From Octopus bimaculoides (Eukaryota): 60,934 nucleotides of DNA. Position 1 is the stretch's first letter. Each line of letters starts with the position of its first letter. The stretch lies in the NCBI RefSeq assembly GCF_001194135.2, contig NC_068984.1:33630185-33691118 (forward strand), written 5' to 3'. Made by a program: the position numbers and the translations under genes. This document shows positions 13,870 through 24,744 of the stretch, piece by piece. A model generated the notes under the pieces. That model ran no database searches and was not told the origin of the DNA. It was given only the letters and a program-made list of their open reading frames with translations.

Positions 13870-14349
13870 TCCACAATCAAAGTCCAATCTCGAAATACTT
13901 AAATGTACGGGTGACGCTCGCACGGATGATACCGTAGGTCTAATCTATTATTAATCAGGTTGTTCTTATCCCTATGCTTAAAAATCTAATAAGTTTCCAT
14001 AGAGCACAGTTCACACCCGTATCGACTAATTTTATAAGGCTACGCTTTCTGTGTTATATCCCATTTAAGGCTGAATTCGATCCCGTTTTCCTTCCGTTCC
14101 CAAATCTTGCTAGATAAGGATGTACAATTGGCTTTATATTTGAGTCTAAAAGATGAAAAAATGTTTATTTATACGTTTTTCCAAATTTATCGAACATCCT
14201 ATATATATATATATTTAAAGTTACCAGACTCAGTTATGATTGTACATTTATAAATTATGTTTTGCATTAGACATGTAATAAAGGACAATGGGATTTAACA
14301 CTACAGTTTCAACCAGGAGCATTACTACTATTGATATTATTGATATTCC

Positions 14350-14425
<76 letters not shown>

Positions 14426-14910
14426 GTTTTTGTTGTTGTTGTTGCTGTTGTTGTTGTTATTATTATTATTATTCCTACTACTAGTATCGTGTATGTTATT
14501 TTTATTTGTTATTACTTATACTTCCGTCAACAATAGTGTCGTTCAAATTCATCTCAGTATCATCAGGCATCGTGTCAGTAATCTCTGTGCTAGTATAGAC
14601 CTCGGAGTTACAGTCTATAGTGTACATATTAGACGAGTTAGCACTGCTGTTTCTAATTACTACATCACCATGAATATTATTCTCATTGGAGGGGTTTAAA
14701 CTAGTGTTCACAATAATAATATTATTATTAAGCCCTCTTGCCGATTTTATATTCTTTCTATTTAACCTGGTTACGATGGTACCTATATTGGGGAGGGTAG
14801 AATATAAGTCTGTCTTATGGCGAAATATTCTATCATATCTATGGGAAGCAGGGAAGTTTGTTTTTTTTCTAAAATTGCCATAAATTTCTTATATATGTTT
14901 GTGGATAAGG
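13870..14910 (-). mobile_element. Penelope-like retroelement ORF 3' half (RT-thumb linker, Asn-rich spacer, GIY-YIG endonuclease), pseudogenised
   Basis: Minus strand reads NFPASHRYDRIFRHKTDLYSTLPNIGTIVTRLNRK..., then an (AAT)n spacer, then NCSVKSHCPL...KCTIITESGNFKYIYIGCSINLEKRINKHFSSF...TSLSSKIWERKENGIEFSLKWDI...PYK....CELC..E. This is the typical PLE GIY-YIG domain. Confidence 0.85.
14351..14425. repeat. (ATT)n microsatellite inside the PLE ORF
   Basis: Direct reading; poly-Asn in one minus-strand frame. Confidence 0.95.
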
Positions 14911-15082
14911 CACAGTTGAAAGGAACGTTATTATATATATACAAAGATATAGAGAGTTTAAGGGAACGTTTATATATATATGTATATAAAGATATATGGA
15001 GGGTGGATAAATTGTCATCTAAGAAATCATGTGAGTACTACTACGTTCTTTAAATACTGAACATCTCTTGATCTCACCAGTT

Positions 15083-15123
<41 letters not shown>

Positions 15124-15124
15124 T

Positions 15125-15320
15125 TCAAATTTTCTTTTTACTTGAGTCATTTGACTGAAGCTATGGATGAGCAGCGAAGAAATCGATGCTAGGGCTTACT
15201 TTTTGTAAGCTTAGTACTTATTCTATTGGTCTTTTACAGAACCGCTAAGCTATGGATAACATGAACACACCAGCATCGGTTGTCAAGTGATGGCAGGGTG
15301 GGGTGGGGGAAACACAGACA
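15125..15320 (-). mobile_element. SINE 3' half (family C)
   Basis: gtcatttgactg...tagtacttattctattggtc...gaaccgctaag...acaccagcatcggttgtcaag resembles an abundant octopus SINE as I recall it; not searched. Confidence 0.6.
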
Positions 15321-15390
15321 CACATAAATACTCTCACACATACACACACTCACACAGACACACAGGCACACACATACACATATACACGGT

Positions 15391-15550
15391 GGGCTCCTTC
15401 CAGCTTCCGTCCACCAAATCCATTCACAAGACTTTGGTCTGCCTGAGGCTATAGTAGAAGACACTTGGCCAATGTACCACACAATGAGACTGAACCCCGA
15501 ACCATGAGGTTGGGAAGCAAGCATCTTACCACACTGACATACCTGCACCT
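15391..15550 (-). mobile_element. tRNA-derived SINE (family A)
   Basis: Reverse complement aligns with 5978-6130 over its length. Confidence 0.85.
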
Positions 15551-16815
15551 GTGCACGCACACGTTTGTGTGTGAGTATATATATATATATATATATATAT
15601 NNNNNNNNNNNNNNNNNNNNNNNNNNNNNNNNNNNNNNNNNNNNNNNNNNNNNNNNNNNNNNNNNNNNNNNNNNNNNNNNNNNNNNNNNNNNNNNNNNNN
15701 NNNNNNNNNNNNNNNNNNNNNNNNNNNNNNNNNNNNNNNNNNNNNNNNNNNNNNNNNNNNNNNNNNNNNNNNNNNNNNNNNNNNNNNNNNNNNNNNNNNN
15801 NNNNNNNNNNNNNNNNNNNNNNNNNNNNNNNNNNNNNNNNNNNNNNNNNNNNNNNNNNNNNNNNNNNNNNNNNNNNNNNNNNNNNNNNNNNNNNNNNNNN
15901 NNNNNNNNNNNNNNNNNNNNNNNNNNNNNNNNNNNNNNNNNNNNNNNNNNNNNNNNNNNNNNNNNNNNNNNNNNNNNNNNNNNNNNNNNNNNNNNNNNNN
16001 NNNNNNNNNNNNNNNNNNNNNNNNNNNNNNNNNNNNNNNNNNNNNNNNNNNNNNNNNNNNNNNNNNNNNNNNNNNNNNNNNNNNNNNNNNNNNNNNNNNN
16101 NNNNNNNNNNNNNNNNNNNNNNNNNNNNNNNNNNNNNNNNNNNNNNNNNNNNNNNNNNNNNNNNNNNNNNNNNNNNNNNNNNNNNNNNNNNNNNNNNNNN
16201 NNNNNNNNNNNNNNNNNNNNNNNNNNNNNNNNNNNNNNNNNNNNNNNNNNNNNNNNNNNNNNNNNNNNNNNNNNNNNNNNNNNNNNNNNNNNNNNNNNNN
16301 NNNNNNNNNNNNNNNNNNNNNNNNNNNNNNNNNNNNNNNNNNNNNNNNNNNNNNNNNNNNNNNNNNNNNNNNNNNTATATATATATATATATATGCAATC
16401 TCTTACTATTTCTTAATACTATGATGCAACTATTTATTACGTAAATGCTTTATGAAGTGGAACTTTCATTGTAGGCAAGATAGAAATATCATATACAAAG
16501 CATATTACTTAATCGTTTTGTCATAAACCAATGTGCATATAGTTATATACATTAATTCAGTTTGTCATATAATACATAAATATATAATACATAAATATGT
16601 AACATACAGTGATATAATGGTTTCAAACACGCATAAGAAGATACAATTCATATTAATAACAGTTTTTCGTCATACCTATACACGAAAAGATACGGAAAAT
16701 CATGTAATATACTTAAGTGATCAATTTTTCATAATTACGAAAAACTGATATACATATATTCGTATATGATTGCGCACGTGTGTGTGTGTGTGCATGCGTG
16801 TGTGTGTGCATGTGG

Positions 16816-16866
<51 letters not shown>

Positions 16867-19474
16867 TGTGTCTGTGATAGAGAGATAGAGCGTATGTGAA
16901 TATGTTTTCGTCTGTTCTAATATACATTTGCAACTACTTAACGTATCCATCCAAACAAGGGTCTGTTAATAAGATTCTAACAAAAAGAACGAAATGTGCA
17001 GAAATTATAAGGAATTGCTAAGATCAGTTCATTTTGATCTGAATGTAAGATAAATAAGTAAAAAAATAAATAAGTAAATCTTCAATGCAGTTCAATTTGT
17101 ATGCCAGTCTGCGTCTAAATTAGATGATGAATTGATGAGGTAAATATATAAAAGTTACTAGAAATGGAAAGAAAATAAATTACTGCAAGAAAGAACTGAA
17201 AAGGTACAATATTTCCTTTAAATTACCCTATTGAGTGTTATTTTCGGAGTAGAATAGTCTCATAGCATTTCTAAGTTCTTAGATTTACAAATCATATTAG
17301 AGTTAACTATTCTGAAAATTTTCCACCGTTACGGCAATTTCTTGTTCTCTTAAAACACATTATCCTTTAAATTTACATATGTGTCTGTATGCGTAATTTC
17401 TGTATTTTTTTATTGTCTGTTATTCTTTTCAGGTTGTAGTTAATCATTCTCTGAGTATTTTTCATAAAATCTGCTTTCAACTGTGAAAATGCATTTGTAA
17501 AGGCCCACGATTCTATGAATTGATACTTATTTTCTGTGAATTTTTTCGAAATCAATTTTTTTTTACTTACCCTAAAATCTTCTTCCCTATTTCTTACATT
17601 TGTTTCTGTATTACATTAACAGAATTAGACTTCTCTCTCAGCCATCTCCCCATACTTTCTCTTCTTTCTGTGCTTCTATGTGTATTGTTCTCTATATCTG
17701 ATCATCAACTCTTATTGCGGGTGTGGTTTAACGTATTAAGCACACATTATACCGATATATAAGGAATGAAAAAACGAAGCTCACGCATAAGACACAAACT
17801 AATTTTTATTCTAAAAATGAAGACTGATAGAATTGTGTGATTTATCTTCAGCTGATCATTTAAATTATATATATATTTATTTAAAATTTTGTTTCTATTA
17901 GTTTGAAATTATTTTCTTATTTTGGTTATTTTTCTGAAAATTTCTTTCCTCGTTTCCTGTGTTGATAAGATTTCTTCGAAATATTTTCCAAAGTTATTTT
18001 TCGAAACGGTTTCTTTTTTAGTTTCTTTCTTTTTTTTTTCTGCTCATAGATCATGTTTCACTTTATCGAAGTTTCACAAATAATTAAATAAATACAAAAA
18101 TAAATAAAATTAAATATTTTCACAATAATTTTACACTAATCATTACAGTAAAAAAAAGAAAATGATGTACAATAAAGAAAATATGCTTCAATAAAGAAAA
18201 AAGTTATGTAACTAAATCTCTCGTCCAAAACGAAATAAAAACTCATTTACTATACGGTTTATTTTTTAGCCTCGTGTTTCTATCTCTCCTTCTTCAGCCT
18301 GTTTCTCTCTCTACCATTCTTTCTCCCTCTCTTTCTTTCTCTCTCTCTTTCTCGCTTTTCCTCTCCTCTTTGCGTATCTGCCTCTGTACCTTTGCCATTT
18401 TCCTTCCTCTCTTTATAATCTTAGCACTTTTTGTCTTTGATTTGCATTATTATTTATTTTACTGCATTTTATTGCGTTGCTAATTTCAAATGTTGAGAAA
18501 CTATTGCCAATAAAAATCAATGTTTGCATATTATTTTTGAGACATTATCAGTGTGTTATTTTAAAATCATGATCTCAAGGAGGGTGGAATGAGATACGTT
18601 AATTAAAATATAAAACTTAATTTAATTAATGTAATTTCCTGCACATGCTTTAAATACATATATTTAAACTTGGTAAAATATTTAGATTAAATATATACTT
18701 TTATGTTTAATTAAATTCTTACAATAATCGGAAACAGAATAATGATTTTGACCTATAATTTCAGAACGCAAAATTTGGAAATTAAATTTGAAATAGTTTC
18801 TTTTTTTATGTTATAGGAACTAGTGTTACTTCGAAGAATATTACTTAATGTGTAAATAGCTACTAGGAGAGTAGAACTGATGATGCATCAATTTAGCAGT
18901 AAACGCTATGACTCTGACTGCTATCGAATGGGCAAATATCATATTCAATGTTCCACACATATTAGCACATAAATATTCGTGGATATCTTATACTAGAATA
19001 ACTTCTTTTATAAAGATTATTTTTTTATATATATTTTTCAGTGATTAGAATTTTATATTTTGAACAAGATTGCAGGAACTAAAATACAGGAATGCTGTTT
19101 CACATCACGATGAAAAAAGAAATCTTGCTCAAATCAGCACCTACGAACTGCAAACATGTCTCAGTGAACGATGGAGCTCCAATAAACATACAACCTGCTA
19201 AAGATGATAGCCAATTCTCTCTCAATTACTTCTTAATTTTTATGAAATAAGTGAAAACATTAAAATATACACGAGCAAATTAAATATTTAAAGCTACGAG
19301 CAAACTAACTAAGGTTGCTAGAAATAACAGTAAAGGCATTGCTTAAACCAGTCGTTTTTTAGTCTAAAAATTCAAGAACGAAAGTTTGCAATACACTCTA
19401 GGATTTTATAAAATTAATTATCTTTGTCATATTTCCTCCAGATAAATTCGCGAAGATACAAGTCAAACATGTAA

Positions 19475-20319
19475 CTGTTCAGGTACCACCCTTCCTCGGT
19501 TGTATTTACGTTTTGAGTATACTGTTTCGTTCATCTCAATAACTCTTTCCAGATCACCTATTTGAACTGGGTTGTGGAGCAGCTTCTCTGCACAAAACTC
19601 ACAACATAATTGCTGTAATGAGCAGCTGTGCTCTGATTCATACCCAGTTCTTCTTTACAAAAACGTATTGAGGTAATTTCCTTGACACATACGTATGGAA
19701 GATGTATTGATCTCAGAGAAAGGGAGCAACTTTCCAACCATGTATCTTTTCGGAGAGACACAGACACATTGCAGACTCTCCGTTGCCCACACCAGTACAA
19801 ATTCCCACGAACTTTTTTTTTCTATGGTATATCCTTTCTTACAAACCTTCTGTTCTGGTATTATTCCTTTCTCTTGGAAGAAATATACTGCATCTTCTTC
19901 CATCAAACAGGAAAGGTTTTAAGCTGTAGCCATCTTGTCACTGTTCTAAAATCACTATACCATTCTCGAATCGAATTCCTACTGTTATGAAAACAAACAA
20001 TTATGGAACATGTGGTGGTTACACACTTTGTGCGCATGCGAAACATCTTCAGTTACTATGGAAACAGATTTCTTTGCTTACTGTGGTAACAGAACGTCAT
20101 GGTGATGTGTAAAATACTCGCTTCTGATTAGCTAAACTGCCCAAATTTTGCAAATTTTAATGGCTAATAACTTTTTAATTATATATTTATTGGGAAATTG
20201 ATTTTCCTTTTCTTAATTAGTGTACCAAACTTAATCTATATACTAAATTTGAAAACAACTGGAACAAATTTTGAGAATGCGATTCAAACGACAAAGATCC
20301 GAATTTTTTCGTATAAGCC
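19475..20319 (-). mobile_element. Merlin (IS1016/ISXO2-like) DNA transposon relic, 5' half
   Basis: Frameshifted minus-strand translation from ATG at 19933: MEEDAVYFFQEKGIIPEQKVCKKG...WCGQRRVCNVSVSLRKDTWLESCSLSLRSI...KEITSIRFCKEELGMN...EFCAEKLLHNPVQIGDLERVIEMNETVYSKRKYNRGRVVPEQ. This matches the Merlin hallmark QIGG....VEIDES.F.KRKYNRGR. A candidate GG-starting terminus (ggcttatacg) is at 20319. Confidence 0.8.
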
Positions 20320-20874
20320 AATACAGAAATGTTTTTTACCGATATCGTAATCATTCTAATATTGCACTCAACATATTAAATATTTTCCACTTGTTTTCCA
20401 GTATTCAGCACTAAGTATATCTTTAGCTCTGTAGCGGATACGAAAAATACCCACTCCCGTGCTGAACACTTCCCTCGTGCCCTTACACGTGGTTATCGTG
20501 TTAGGACTAATGGACACCCTACTAACAACGGCATGCAGTGTTTGAACTCTGCCACAGTCACCGGCATTTCTATCAACGTTTTCCCTCCTATCGTAGCTCA
20601 TTCGGTGGTCTCCCCCTTTAAACGCGGCGTGTGAACCAGAGTTCATCACTTAATCTACTTGTTCTTGACATAATCTACGTAACCCGATGTGAGTAGCAAG
20701 ATACTAACCAACCAACCAACCAACCAACCAACCAACCACCTGTCCACGCACAGTAACCCTACAAATTTATCTAGCCCTAATGCTAGAATAGGCACCAACT
20801 CAACAACGCTGGCTCGGGTTTTAACGCTTAGGGTTAAATTCATATGACTGATAGTGTCTAGCCTTAGGCGATAA

Positions 20875-20931
20875 AAGCCGCTGATGAAAATTAGTGTGTC
20901 AACACCAAGACTCGAAATTGTGATCCAGCTT
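20875..20931 (+). ncRNA. Type I hammerhead ribozyme, copy 1
   Basis: AAGCCG-CUGAUGA-[stem II with GUGU/ACAC hairpin]-GAAA-U-UGUG-A-UC^-CAGCUU. Stem I pairs 5 of 6, stem III is 2 bp, and the triplet is AUC with predicted cut after 20925. The base of stem II is partly mismatched. Confidence 0.6.
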
Positions 20932-21199
20932 CATACAATAGGGGCTTATCTCCCTTCGTCAATCATTGAGTTAGAGTGATTTGTGGCTTTAAAGTTAATT
21001 TAACTCTTACTTTAGCATAAACGGTGCTGGCCATCACCCTCCGTCACTTTTGTGGCATCTATTGATTTTGCCTTTAGGTTCTAATTGCTTATAAACGACT
21101 TTTTTATTCTTTGTTTACACTTACACCGCTTAGAAAATCAACATAAGTGTTAAACTTATATGATTGATAGAGGAAATTAAGTTTAACCTTAGGCGTTAA

Positions 21200-21256
21200 A
21201 AGCCGCTGATGAGAATTAATGTGTCAACACTAAAATTCGAAATCGGAGTCCGGCTT
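21200..21256 (+). ncRNA. Type I hammerhead ribozyme, copy 2
   Basis: AAGCCG-CUGAUGA-GAAUU...AAUUC-GAAA-U-CGGA-G-UC^-CGGCUU. Stem I is a perfect 6 bp, stem II has a 5-bp base, the core is intact, and the triplet is GUC with predicted cut after 21250. Confidence 0.75.
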
Positions 21257-21699
21257 CATACGATCGGGAGATACCTCCGTTCGTCAATCACTGAGTTAGA
21301 TTGATTTGTGGCTTTGGAGTTAATTTATCTCTTATTTTAGCATAAACGGTATTGGTCAGTACCCTCCATCACTTTTGAGATCTCTATTAAGTTTATACAA
21401 ACATAAACTTTTATATATAGCCCATTTTTTTTCTCTGTAAATTCTATGTGGCTTTCATTACTCCCTGACTGACTTTACCCCATTGTGAAAGTGTCCCAAT
21501 AATTTACCTTAGCTGTCTGGAACTTTAAGATGCCCACCTTATTTACTATTAGGGCGACATACACTCTAACTAATAAGTTCAGTGGTCATCTGATTTTGTG
21601 TTTTTTGTTTTCGTTTTTGTTTTCTTTTTCCAGCTTTCAATACTTGCAGTGGCTAGTTTGATAATTTGTTTTTTGTTTTTTTTAATCGAATATGGTGTG

Positions 21700-22250
21700 T
21701 TGAGTGTCCGTGCATACTTGCTGACAGATGTGAAAAGATACGATTCTCCAGATTCATTCCACCGACTAACAATGATTTCCCTGGATTTATTTATAGTCAT
21801 CGTAGAAGCTTATTATATTCAAACGGCAAACAATTTCGGTGTTATGCTGGAAATCAAACAGCTGTCACTAGCAAATTTTCCTGACACAGCTGTTACCCAC
21901 TGGACACAGTGCCCTTGTAAAGTGGCTTAATCCACGTTGAATTCTTCAGCAGGAAAATTTTGGGTGTTTCGACAATTTTCAGAAAATCGATTGAAGTATT
22001 GAAAACATAGTCTTCTAAATAGAACACGTCTACTAATTTGGAGCAATTTTCTCTCCAGGTAGCATTTCAAGTGTCATTCTGTTGTTTTCTCTCAAGTGAT
22101 ATTTCTTGGTGCTTGTAGAATTATTCACGATTACAAGGTATGGTGTACATGACTGGGAAAACCGACAAAGACTGGCAATCCTTTCAGCATAGTCAAATCT
22201 TTGTGACATTTCATGCAGATGTTTGTTACTACACGAAGAACTCTACGTAA
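21700..22250 (+). mobile_element. Heavily decayed Penelope-like RT domain
   Basis: Across frameshifts, YLLTDVKRYDS, EAYY/SNGKQF, GV...SLANF and QVIFLGACRIIHDYKV..LGKPTKTG follow the order of PLE RT motifs (LVSFDV.SLY, NYF.FNG, GVAMG..LANIF, ISFLDV, YRKPT.TG). Confidence 0.35.
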
Positions 22251-23126
22251 TGGGTTAACCCGCTAGCACGAGTCGTCAAATTGCAGTCAAATCGCATCTG
22301 CTGTCATATATTTTGCTGGGTAGCAAACAAATTTTAGAAATTCCTTTTGCTACCAGTGGTCTAGCGAGAAGAAAAAAACTAGTTAATAGACTATATATTA
22401 TTCCTATAAATACATACAGTGTATATTTAAACAAATAAGAGAGATGTCCATAATAGGACATCTAACCCTGACCGCTCCTTCTAGCGGGTTAGGAACATCA
22501 AATCTAAGTACTTTTGAAAGCATTTAATGTCTTGGCCGAAAAGTTTGTATTGTATGTAACAATTAGTATTCAAGTTTCTGTGATATGTGTCTATTTCTCG
22601 ATGATGTTCTGTTTTGCATTATTACAATCAGCAAAATAACTTATTAAGCAATATAAATAGGAAAATATGTAACTTCCATTTCGACGCATATATTGAACAG
22701 AGTCGCAACTCATTAAAACTACGAATTAACTGAAAGTGGTCACAAAATTATGGATCATGTGGACAATACTCAATATAATAAGAAAACAATATTATATGGC
22801 TCATAAACTTATAGCAAAGTAGATAATATAGAATAGCTCTCACTGACACTTGTATATTTCCTACATGAATAAACATAAGCTTTCACGAAAAGAAAGATAT
22901 TAATGCTCGCTACAAATTTTATTTAATACTGTATCTCAGAAATCCAACCACAGCTGATGTCAGACAGAGACAAGCATCCCAACGAAAGGCCGAGATTTAT
23001 ATGCAGCATTTTAACTTCCCCACAAGTAATACGCTCAATAACAGTACCTCACAAAAATGTTGCTCTATACGCTGGAGCTCAGAGAAACTTAAACAACTGA
23101 TAATTGTCTTGAGATTTACAATGATG

Positions 23127-23180
<54 letters not shown>

Positions 23181-23246
23181 TGTATGTGTGCATATGTGTG
23201 TGTATGTGCGTGCGTGCATACGTGTGCGTTTGCGTGTGTATATATA

Positions 23247-23466
23247 TTGGGTTGTCCGGAAAGTGCGTGCCGATTCTTAAAGGAAAGACAAAGGTCAATA
23301 AACACTTGCCATTACATTTTTAATCAACCAAACATGAACCATTTTGTTGCACAATGCGTCTCCATCTTTCCTTGAACTTGAAAATACCCTCTTCCCAGAA
23401 TTGAGGTGGCAAATAAGTCGAAAGGTAATCTGCTACAAATCAGCACGAAATTTCTGGACAACACAA
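23247..23466 (-). mobile_element. 220-bp mariner-derived MITE with TIRs and TA target sites
   Basis: Left ttgggttgtccggaaagtgcgtgccgatt versus reverse-complemented right ttgtgttgtccagaaatttcgtgctgatt, with TA on both sides. The interior minus strand encodes the mariner C-terminus FWEEGIFKFKERWRRIVQQNGSCLVD*. Confidence 0.88.
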
Positions 23467-23492
23467 TATATATATATATATATGTGTGAGAG

Positions 23493-23593
23493 AGATTAAT
23501 GTGCAGGTTGTTGAGCACTCAACAAACAGGCGTACAATTAATTCATTCTCAGAGCGATTCAGTGTGACACACTTAATATGACAAGGCTGGCCC
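23493..23593 (-). mobile_element. SINE fragment (family D)
   Basis: Reverse complement aligns with gggccagccttg...gagtgctcagccacttgcac.ttaatttc at about 30640-30740. Confidence 0.65.
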
Positions 23594-24230
23594 ATTCTAC
23601 ATTACGATCGTGACCCGATATAGTTTATCAAGTGAGGCTGAAAGACGCAATAGTATTCCCACGAGAAGAGCACACTTTTCCGTGGATCATATCCATAATA
23701 TCTAGAGTAGAGTTTAAGCATCAACATTTAAATATATATCCCGAAAATATAGGTAGAAGGTAAAATACATAGCTACTAATTTCCCTGGCTCTATTCCTTC
23801 AAATTTCACTCTATATATGAAACACAGATTTTGAAACATAGTCTCAAGTAAACGAAAATTATTACCAACTTACAATATAAACAACCCCTAAGAACTACTC
23901 GTGACAATATTTACATTTGGAAGGTGAAAAGGAATTTCTGTCAAAAGTCGTCAATTTATTGAATGTGTCATGGTGGTATTAACATTACTCAGTAAATCAT
24001 TGAGAAGAAAGNNNNNNNNNNNNNNNNNNNNNNNNNNNNNNNNNNNNNNNNNNNNNNNNNNNNNNNNNNNNNNNNNNNNNNNNNNNNNNNNNNNNNNNNN
24101 NNNNNNNNNNNNNNNNNNNNNNNNNNNNNNNNNNNNNNNNNNNNNNNNNNNNNNNNNNNNNNNNNNNNNNNNNNNNNNNNNNNNNNNNNNNNNNNNNNNN
24201 NNNNNNNNNNNNNNNNNNNNNNNNNNNNNN

Positions 24231-24266
<36 letters not shown>

Positions 24267-24744
24267 ACTCCACAGATATGCACATATATGGGTGTGCGTG
24301 TGTGTCTAGTTGAGTGTACTATTTTCGTTATTAACTGAAGTGTAAACAAAATTATATCAGTTTCTTTTCGTGTTCTTCAATACCCCCATCTGACAGATAT
24401 GAAAAAACTGAGGGACAGCTCTGTTGTTGTTCAGACACCGACCAGTGATGATTAACGAAATTGAGATCACATTAGGAAATATGTACCCTGGAACTTATTA
24501 TCTATCGTGTCCCTTATATTCTGGTATTCAAAGCTGTGGTTTCAACCCAATTGTAGCAATTGTATGGATTGACATTCATGGATATGCAACGGATTCACAA
24601 TAATCTGGTTCATCACTTACGAATGAAAAAGTAGATACGAGGATGATAAACACCTATGTGAACGTTTGTACATATGTATGCATGTATGTATGCATGCATG
24701 CATGAATGTATGTATGTGTGTATGTATGTATGTACGAGCATATA

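Larger units (their letters stand above)
20822..21392 (+). repeat. Tandem duplication, 325-nt period (retrozyme-like or PLE pseudo-LTR)
   Basis: 20822-21070 aligns with 21122-21392. Anchors are ccttaggcg at 20862/21187 and ctgatga at 20881/21206. Confidence 0.92.

Noticed and set aside
18877-18915. CUGAUGA-UGC...GCA-GUAAAC...GAC hammerhead-like string
   Set aside because: GAAA is interrupted, there is no NUH triplet and stem I does not pair in register.
20881-21295. Reading the CUGAUGA motifs as C/D snoRNA C boxes
   Set aside because: A D box (CUGA) follows only copy 2 (copy 1 has UUGA) and there is no terminal stem; the hammerhead fold explains all conserved positions better.
22463-22506. 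Hairpin ccgct-ccttct-agcgg followed by CTAA (Helitron-like 3' end)
   Set aside because: The terminus is not CTRR followed by T, no Rep/helicase sequence was seen and the stem is short.
24446-24472. GUGAUGA-UUAAC-GAAA-UUGAGA-UC
   Set aside because: C3 is missing, stem II is absent and there is no stem I pairing.
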